DNA of 4,718 nucleotides. Source: a virus (lineage: Duplodnaviria > Heunggongvirae > Uroviricota > Caudoviricetes). Both the position numbers and the translations under genes were made by a program. The notes under the pieces were generated by a model. The model made no database searches, was not told the DNA's origin, and saw only the letters and a program-made list of their open reading frames with translations. The stretch is from IMG/VR virus record IMGVR_UViG_2778261352_000002; one strand, written 5' to 3'. This document shows, one piece after another, positions 1-4,718 of the stretch. The first letter of the stretch is position 1. Every line of letters starts with the position of its first letter.

Positions 1-435
1 CGAACTGCTTCCGTGGCGCATAGCACTGCCAGATGAATAACACATCCCCGTCAATACGGCCCTCGCTGTACGCTTACCTTTGTTGCAATGAGGGCAGATC
101 AAAAGGGCACCTTTTTGTACTCTTGAAAAACTGTGTTCTGACTCTTGGGTGCAGTTTGGGCAGGAACATTTAACGAGATAATTACGGCGTGATTTTGAGT
201 TTTTACGTTCTGACATAGGCTTTTCCTGTATAAATGGCCGTATACAGTACACTAAATATGAAAACATTTCTCGTATTATTATTTTATATATGACTTTCTT
301 TCAAAATAATTACCCACATTTTTAATGTGTATGTTTTTTTAGCGCCGTTGAGAACAACGTGTGCTGTCAAAACTACCCCGTAGACTCCGATCTTTTCAAA
401 CATATTGCACCATCCGTGTACATCGGGGTGAGGAT

Positions 436-651
436 ATGAAATCAATGGATAAGTTAACAACAGGTGTTGCCTATGGCACATCGGCGGGTAATGCTGGTTT
501 CTGGGCATTGCAGTTACTCGATAAAGTAACTCCGTCACAGTGGGCTGCAATCGGTGTGCTGGGTAGCCTGGTTTTTGGCCTGCTGACGTATCTGACAAAT
601 CTTTATTTCAAGATTAAAGAAGACAGGCGTAAGGCTGCGAGAGGAGAGTAA
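436..651 (+). CDS. essQ: Class II pinholin (phage 21 S21-type), 71 aa, with dual-start motif Met1-Lys2-Ser3-Met4
   Basis: ORF in the 361..651 frame; the likely start is ATG 436, preceded by GGGGTGAGGA (SD-like), with a second in-frame ATG at 445. The protein [71 protein letters not shown] has two TMDs (Gly/Ala-rich SAR-like TMD1) and a basic C-terminus, as in S21 68/71. Sits directly upstream of a SAR endolysin. Confidence 0.9.
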   Translation: MKSMDKLTTGVAYGTSAGNAGFWALQLLDKVTPSQWAAIGVLGSLVFGLLTYLTNLYFKIKEDRRKAARGE

Positions 652-655
652 TCCA

Positions 656-963
656 ATGACTCAAGACTATGAACTGGTTGTGAAAGGAGTCCGTAATTTT
701 GAGAATAAAGTTACGGTAACTGTAGCCTTACAGGACAAAGAACGCTTTGACGGTGAAATTTTTGACCTGGATGTCGCCATGGACCGTGTTGAAGGAGCTG
801 CGCTGGAGTTTTATGAGGCAGCAGCCAGAAGGAGCGTCCGGCAAGTCTTCCTGGAAGTAGCAGAAAAATTGTCAGAAAAAGTTGAGTCTTATCTGCAGCA
901 TCAGTACTCCTTTAAGATTGAAAATCCTGCCAATAAGCACGAGCGTCCTCATCATAAATATAT

Positions 964-967
<4 letters not shown>
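656..967 (+). CDS. ydfR: DUF1327-family small protein (YdfR-like, 103 aa) between holin and endolysin; function unknown
   Basis: ORF 656..967 starts 5 nt after the holin stop, with GAGGAGAG SD upstream. Its TGA stop overlaps the endolysin ATG (ATATGA at 962-967), consistent with translational coupling. Length and position match ydfR of Qin-type prophages as recalled. Confidence 0.8.
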
Positions 968-1991
<1,024 letters not shown>

Positions 1992-2174
1992 GGTAATATT
2001 AAATCGGAACATTTACATCGCGGAATGTAAAATTTAAATAAAAAGGACTCTTCCATGAGCCAAAATTCCTGAAATCTTAAGGGTAAGATAAAAGGTCTTA
2101 ATCAGAATGACACGTTATTATTAATAAATAAAGCTATTCTTTCATTGCTGTGTTTTTCTTTACAAAAGTAATCC

Positions 2175-2203
2175 TTGCTATGGGTGGTTAATCATGCGTT
2201 AAT
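2175..2203 (+). promoter_or_regulatory. cspA-type sigma70 promoter for the cold-shock gene (-35 TTGCTA, 17-bp spacer, -10 GTTAAT), preceded by an A+T-rich UP-like tract (about 2116-2174)
   Basis: TTGCTA at 2175-2180 and GTTAAT at 2198-2203 resemble the cspA promoter (-35 TTGCAT, -10 CTTAAT, as recalled). The predicted start near 2210 gives a 5' UTR of about 145 nt, in line with the long leaders of cold-inducible csp genes. Confidence 0.45.
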
Positions 2204-2209
2204 GGTGTT

Positions 2210-2354
2210 CTGGTTTGTTACAAATTTATCTGAAGCAGTCATTGTTATAATTTTATTATTTGTATCTCTTGAGATTTCCTTGTTGGTTTTTCTCTCTGAT
2301 ATTTTTTTTCGGACCATTCTGCCCAAGGGCTAATTTCTTCAAAAGGTAATAATT
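2210..2354 (+). promoter_or_regulatory. Long 5' untranslated leader of the cold-shock gene (likely cold-responsive mRNA structure)
   Basis: About 145 nt between the predicted transcription start and ATG 2355. SD region AAAAGGTAATAATTATG resembles the cspA leader/RBS, and the coding start ATGTCTAACAAAATGACTGG contains a downstream-box-like sequence. Confidence 0.4.
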
Positions 2355-2567
2355 ATGTCTAACAAAATGACTGGTTTAGTGAAATGGTTTAACCCTGAAA
2401 AAGGTTTTGGTTTCATCACGCCGAAAGATGGCAGCAAAGATGTGTTTGTCCATTTCTCAGCAATTCAGAGCAACGATTTCAAAACATTAACTGAGAATCA
2501 GGAAGTTGAATTTGGTATTGAGAACGGACCTAAAGGTCCTGCCGCTGTTCATGTAGTGGCGCTTTGA
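2355..2567 (+). CDS. cspI: Cold-shock protein, CspA family (CspI-like), 70 aa
   Basis: ORF 2355..2567. [70 protein letters not shown] contains the RNP1 (KGFGFI) and RNP2 (VFVHF) motifs of the cold-shock domain. AAGG SD sits 8 nt upstream. Confidence 0.95.
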   Translation: MSNKMTGLVKWFNPEKGFGFITPKDGSKDVFVHFSAIQSNDFKTLTENQEVEFGIENGPKGPAAVHVVAL

Positions 2568-2600
2568 GGTAGACAATATTACAAACCATATTCACTTTAG

Positions 2601-2766
2601 ATGCCCGTGTTGTCATGGTTCCCAGTATAGAACATCATCTTTTGATGTTTCTGACATGAATCCTTTCGGGGCAAAATGTATCTTTTGTAAATCAATGATG
2701 ATTACATTTGATAATATTTCACAATACTTAAATGCCAGCCGTCTGTCGTTGGATTTAAAAAAGTGA
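2601..2766 (+). CDS. Possible small Cys-rich (zinc-ribbon-like) ORF downstream of cspI; start codon unresolved (possible frameshift at CCC 2604-2606), may be a pseudogene or unannotated small protein
   Basis: The frame beginning with codon TGC 2602 reads RCPCCHGSQYRTSSFDVSDMNPFGAKCIFCKSMMITFDNISQYLNASRLSLDLKK and stops at TGA 2764-2766, 6 nt before a strong intrinsic terminator. It has no in-frame ATG/GTG/TTG before the Cys cluster; the first in-frame ATG is 2656. An ATG at 2601 sits one base out of frame, and deleting one C from the CCC run would give a 55-aa ORF, MPCCHGS... No convincing SD. Confidence 0.25.
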
Positions 2767-2771
2767 AAATG

Positions 2772-2794
2772 AAGGCTCCTTCGGGAGCTTTTTT
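2772..2794 (+). terminator. Rho-independent terminator (GCTCC-UUCG-GGAGC stem-loop followed by a T6 tract)
   Basis: Stem 2775-2779 pairs with 2784-2788 around a TTCG tetraloop, extendable by flanking A/T pairs. T-run at 2789-2794. Lies 200 nt downstream of the cspI stop and directly after the small Cys-rich ORF. Confidence 0.65.
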
Positions 2795-2838
2795 GCTTGG
2801 TATCTATTCGATGGATACTCACATACTACGGTAACATC

Positions 2839-3069
2839 ATGAAAAAAATCATAGTTTTTTTTAACTCTGAACCTGCAGTGGTAGTGCCAGCGATGACTGG
2901 AGTTAACACCATCATGCGTGAATATCCAAATGGCGAAAAAACACACCTTACTGTAATGGCCGCAGGGTTTCCATCTCTGACCGGAGATCATAAAGTCATT
3001 TATGTAGCCGCGGATCGACATGTTACTTCAGAAGAAATTCTGGAAGCAGCAATAAGGCTCTTGAGTTGA
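2839..3069 (+). CDS. ynfN: Small hypothetical protein (up to 76 aa); positional equivalent of ynfN between cspI and gnsB; alternative starts at 2893 and 2914 (51-aa version)
   Basis: ORF in the 2797..3069 frame. The TTG at 2797 is unlikely; the first ATG is 2839 (no clear SD), and ATG 2914 has GGAG 11 nt upstream. The protein (MKKIIVFFNSEPAVVVPAMTGVNTIMREYPNGEKTHLTVMAAGFPSLTGDHKVIYVAADRHVTSEEILEAAIRLLS) is soluble-looking with no recognisable motif. Symbol assigned only by synteny. Confidence 0.5.
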   Translation: MKKIIVFFNSEPAVVVPAMTGVNTIMREYPNGEKTHLTVMAAGFPSLTGDHKVIYVAADRHVTSEEILEAAIRLLS

Positions 3070-3185
3070 TTTGATGCTATTGTATTGATAATTCAGGAAA
3101 ATTTTCTTTGTCTGTTTGTGTAAAATTTAGACTATCGTATGTTGATTATTGCGATGTTTCATCTTATCTTTTACACGTTTGCACC

Positions 3186-3191
3186 ATATAA
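3186..3191 (+). promoter_or_regulatory. Candidate -10 hexamer (TATAAT) for the gnsB-like gene; no good -35 identified
   Basis: Perfect TATAAT at 3186-3191, about 50 nt upstream of ATG 3241. The upstream -35 region matches the consensus poorly. Confidence 0.25.
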
Positions 3192-3240
3192 TCGACTTAC
3201 TGTGTAACTGGAAAGTCATAACAGACTAAAAGAGGAAATG

Positions 3241-3414
3241 ATGAATATTGAAAACTTAAAAACAAAAGCAGAAGCAGATATTTCTGAATATATAACAAAA
3301 AAAATTATTGAACTTAAGAAAAAGACCGGGAAAGAAGTTACCAGTATTCAGTTTACCGCACGGGAAAAAATGACGGGTCTTGAAAGCTATGATGTCAAGA
3401 TTAATTTAATCTGA
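3241..3414 (+). CDS. gnsB: GnsA/GnsB-family small protein (57 aa)
   Basis: Not in the ORF track because it is short. ATG 3241 (a second ATG lies at 3238), AGAGGA SD at 3231-3236, stop TGA 3412-3414. Translation MNIENLKTKAEADISEYITKKIIELKKKTGKEVTSIQFTAREKMTGLESYDVKINLI closely resembles E. coli GnsB/GnsA as recalled. Confidence 0.85.
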   Translation: MNIENLKTKAEADISEYITKKIIELKKKTGKEVTSIQFTAREKMTGLESYDVKINLI

Positions 3415-3440
3415 TGTATTCAATAATAAAATTTATCCAT

Positions 3441-3466
3441 AAACCTCGTTTTTACGGGGTTTTGTT
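3441..3466 (+). terminator. Probable intrinsic terminator downstream of gnsB (short G/C stem with G-U pair, then T-tract)
   Basis: CCTCG (3444-3448) pairs with CGGGG (3455-3459) around a TTTTTA loop, followed by TTTTGTT (3460-3466). Lies 27 nt after the gnsB stop. Confidence 0.4.
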
Positions 3467-3528
3467 ATATTTGAATGGTTCCGAATATCTAAATCACAAT
3501 TGTTGATGGTTTTTATTAAACCAATGCA

Positions 3529-3557
3529 GTCCGGCTCAGGAGTGAGAGAAGCCGGAC
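3529..3557 (-). other. Stable stem-loop immediately 3' of the ydfO-like gene on the minus strand (possible transcript 3'-end structure or weak terminator)
   Basis: 8-bp G/C-rich inverted repeat GTCCGGCT (3529-3536) and AGCCGGAC (3550-3557) with a 13-nt loop, 9 nt beyond the minus-strand stop at 3566-3568. No clean U-tract on either strand, so terminator function is uncertain. Confidence 0.3.
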
Positions 3558-3565
3558 GTTATGGT

Positions 3566-3976
3566 TTAGCGTGGTAAGATCTGTGTAGTTTTCTGGATGC
3601 TTTCAGTAAATAGTAATGAATTATCAAAGGTATAGTAATATCTTTTTTGTTCGTGGATATTTGTAACCCACCGAAAAACTCCTGCTTTAGCAAGGTTTCT
3701 TCTGTATTCCTGAAATGTGATCTCTCTGGATTTCAGCTTATTAGAGGTCGTTTCTATAAGATGCCTATCCTTTGAAAATTTGACAGACACAATGTTTTTT
3801 AGGCCCTTTAATAACACTGTATTATCATTTTTTAATACAATATGAACATTCTCTGTGGCTAAATAGTAAATGTAATGTGAGACATTGTGACGTTTTAGCT
3901 CAGAATAAAACCATTGATAGTTTAAATCGTTTCGAACTTTATCAAATATTTGTTTAAAAATGACTACCTGATCCAT
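3566..3976 (-). CDS. ydfO: DUF1398-family protein (YdfO/YbcV-like), 136 aa, function unknown
   Basis: Minus-strand ORF 3566..3991. Preferred start is ATG 3976 ([14 protein letters not shown]...) because GGAAGG SD lies 7 nt upstream, whereas the ATG at 3991 has none. Length and sequence match the YdfO/YbcV family as recalled; a homologous gene occupies the same position left of cos in phage lambda. Confidence 0.85.
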
Positions 3977-4033
3977 AGATAAACCTTCCATGTGATATGA
4001 GGGGGCGTAGTCTGCACGATTATCTAAATTGCT

Positions 4034-4267
4034 TCAATCTGGTCTGACCTGTTTTCTGAGCAATTCAGTAATGTCACTCTTTTCTTTGTTTGCTTCAGAA
4101 GAAACTCTTTTTTCTGAGCACAGTCTCCGGCGGCAGGCTTCAATGACCCAGGCTGAGAAATTCCCGGACCCTTTTTGCTCAAGAGCGATGTTAATTTGTT
4201 CAATCATTTGGTTAGGAAAGCGGATGTTGCGGGTTGTTGTTCTGCGGGTTCTGTTCTTCGTTGACAT
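4034..4267 (-). CDS. ynfO: Small basic protein with ribbon-helix-helix-like motif (YnfO-like, 77 aa); putative DNA-binding protein
   Basis: Minus-strand ORF 4034..4267. MSTKNRTRRTTTRNIRFPNQMIEQINIALEQKGSGNFSAWVIEACRRRL has a basic N-terminal tail, then a beta-strand (RNIRF), helix A (NQMIEQINIALEQ), a Gly-containing turn (KGSGN) and helix B (FSAWVIEACRRRL), the Arc/MetJ/CopG pattern. The overlapping plus-strand ORF 4029..4295 looks like antisense noise. Confidence 0.7.
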   Translation of the reverse strand: MSTKNRTRRTTTRNIRFPNQMIEQINIALEQKGSGNFSAWVIEACRRRLCSEKRVSSEANKEKSDITELLRKQVRPD

Positions 4268-4436
4268 GAGGTTGTCCCGTATTCAGTGTCGCTGATTTGT
4301 ATTGTCTGAAGTTGTTTTTACGTTAAGTTGATGCAGATCAATTAATACGATATCTGCGTCATAATTGATTATTTGACGTGGTTTGATTGCGTAGATGCAC
4401 GTTGTGACATGCAGATGATAATTATTATCATTTTGC

Positions 4437-4443
4437 GGGTCCT
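4437..4443 (+). promoter_or_regulatory. cosQ-like element (GGGTCCT) upstream of cosN
   Basis: GGGTCCT lies about 24-30 bp upstream of the cohesive-end sequence, at the spacing where cosQ sits in phage lambda (recalled, not verified). Confidence 0.45.
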
Positions 4444-4466
4444 TTCCGGCGATCCGACAGGTTACG

Positions 4467-4478
4467 GGGCGGCGACCT
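4467..4478 (+). other. cosN: lambda-type 12-nt cohesive-end sequence GGGCGGCGACCT (terminase nicking site)
   Basis: Exact match to the lambda cohesive end, flanked by GATCCGACAGGTTACG (lambda right end) and CGCGGGTTTTCGCTATTTATGAAAATTTTCCGG (lambda left end). Right-arm and left-arm sequence are contiguous, as in a prophage or circular/concatemeric genome. Confidence 0.85.
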
Positions 4479-4514
4479 CGCGGGTTTTCGCTATTTATGA
4501 AAATTTTCCGGTTT

Positions 4515-4631
4515 AAGGCATTTCCGTTCTTCTTCGTCGTAACTTAATGTTTTTATTTAAAATACCCCCTGAAAAGAAAGGAAACGACAGGTGCTGAAAA
4601 CGAGCTTTTGGGCCTCTGTCGTTTCCTTTCT
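4515..4631 (+). promoter_or_regulatory. cosB: terminase small-subunit binding sites R3 (4519-4530), R2 (4575-4590, inverted) and R1 (4616-4631), with an A+T-rich IHF-site region (about 4540-4570) between R3 and R2
   Basis: R1 CTGTCGTTTCCTTTCT and R2 AGAAAGGAAACGACAG form a perfect 16-bp inverted repeat. R3 CATTTCCGTTCT shares the core. Arrangement and spacing to the Nu1 start (about 190 bp from cosN) match lambda cosB. Confidence 0.7.
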
Positions 4632-4655
4632 CTGTTTTTGGCCGTGGAATGAACA

Positions 4656-4718
4656 ATGGAAGTCAACAAAAAGCAGCTGGCTGACATTTTCGGCGCGAGT
4701 ATCCGTACCATTCAGAAC
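4656..4718 (+). CDS. nohA: Terminase small subunit (Nu1/NohA-type), 5' end only (first 21 codons; continues beyond the window)
   Basis: ATG 4656; translation MEVNKKQLADIFGASIRTIQN is identical to the N-terminus of lambda gpNu1 (winged-helix DNA-binding region) as recalled. Sits the expected distance downstream of cosN/cosB. Confidence 0.9.
   Translation, partial: MEVNKKQLADIFGASIRTIQN

Noticed and set aside
1-40. Possible 3' end of an upstream gene (frame 2 ends ...ELLPWRIALPDE, stop at 38-40)
   Set aside because: All three forward frames terminate within the first 40 nt and the fragment is too short to identify; I cannot tell whether any of them is real coding sequence.
209-235. Candidate promoter with extended -10-like TGTATAAAT upstream of the lysis cassette
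   Set aside because: No acceptable -35 at a proper spacing. In lambdoid phages the late promoter lies immediately downstream of Q, which is probably outside this window. Too weak to call.
316-340. Short hairpin CACAT-TTTA-ATGTG followed by T7 tract (possible terminator upstream of holin)
   Set aside because: The stem is only 5 bp and A/T-rich and the T-run is separated by 4 nt; it could be a leaky terminator but the evidence is thin.
361-435. N-terminal extension of the holin ORF from the upstream GTG/ATG
   Set aside because: The ORF track extends to 361, but the conserved holin begins at MKSMDK (ATG 436) with an SD just upstream; the extension ([25 protein letters not shown]) is not part of known S21-type holins.
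284-598. Minus-strand ORF (104 aa) overlapping the holin gene
   Set aside because: Antisense to a well-supported holin and an A+T-rich upstream region; no SD, low-complexity translation. Treated as a shadow ORF.
2797-2838. TTG start at 2797 extending the ynfN-like ORF
   Set aside because: The TTG lies inside the terminator T-tract with no SD; the first ATG (2839) or internal ATGs (2893, 2914) are more plausible.
2613-3021. Minus-strand ORFs 2613..2822 and 2755..3021
   Set aside because: They run antisense across a terminator and the ynfN-like gene; translations are low complexity with no start context. Likely spurious.
3977-3991. Longer start for the ydfO-like gene (MEGLSM..., ATG at 3991)
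   Set aside because: No SD precedes the 3991 ATG, while GGAAGG sits 7 nt upstream of the 3976 ATG, giving the family-typical 136-aa protein.
4029-4295. Plus-strand ORF (88 aa) overlapping the ynfO-like gene
   Set aside because: The minus-strand frame encodes a clean ribbon-helix-helix pattern; the plus-strand translation is hydrophobic and low complexity without start signals.

Overview
This window reads as the late region of a lambdoid (Qin/phage-21-type) enterobacterial prophage, running from the lysis cassette to the packaging origin. In order: (1) a lysis cassette with an S21-type pinholin, a DUF1327 gene (ydfR-like), a SAR endolysin (T4-lysozyme fold) and Rz/Rz1 spanin genes that appear broken by two frameshifts in homopolymer runs; (2) an A+T-rich cargo cluster with a CspA-family cold-shock gene (cspI-like) carrying a cspA-type promoter and long 5' UTR, a small Cys-rich ORF without a clean start, a small ynfN-like ORF, a GnsA/GnsB-family gene, and on the opposite strand a ribbon-helix-helix-like small protein (ynfO-like) followed by a DUF1398 protein (ydfO-like); (3) a lambda-type cos site (cosQ, cosN with the GGGCGGCGACCT cohesive end, cosB with R3/R2/R1 repeats) and the first 21 codons of a Nu1-type small terminase subunit. 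Gene order matches what I recall of the E. coli K-12 Qin prophage (essQ-ydfR-rrrQ-rzpQ/rzoQ-cspI-ynfN-gnsB-ydfO-ynfO-nohA); gene symbols are assigned on that synteny and on remembered protein sequences, not on any database search. No tRNA, rRNA, CRISPR array or IS element was seen. Most of these genes are named but functionally uncharacterised, so the findings are hypotheses about the spanin defect, the small Cys-rich ORF and the accessory gene pairs, not demonstrated systems.
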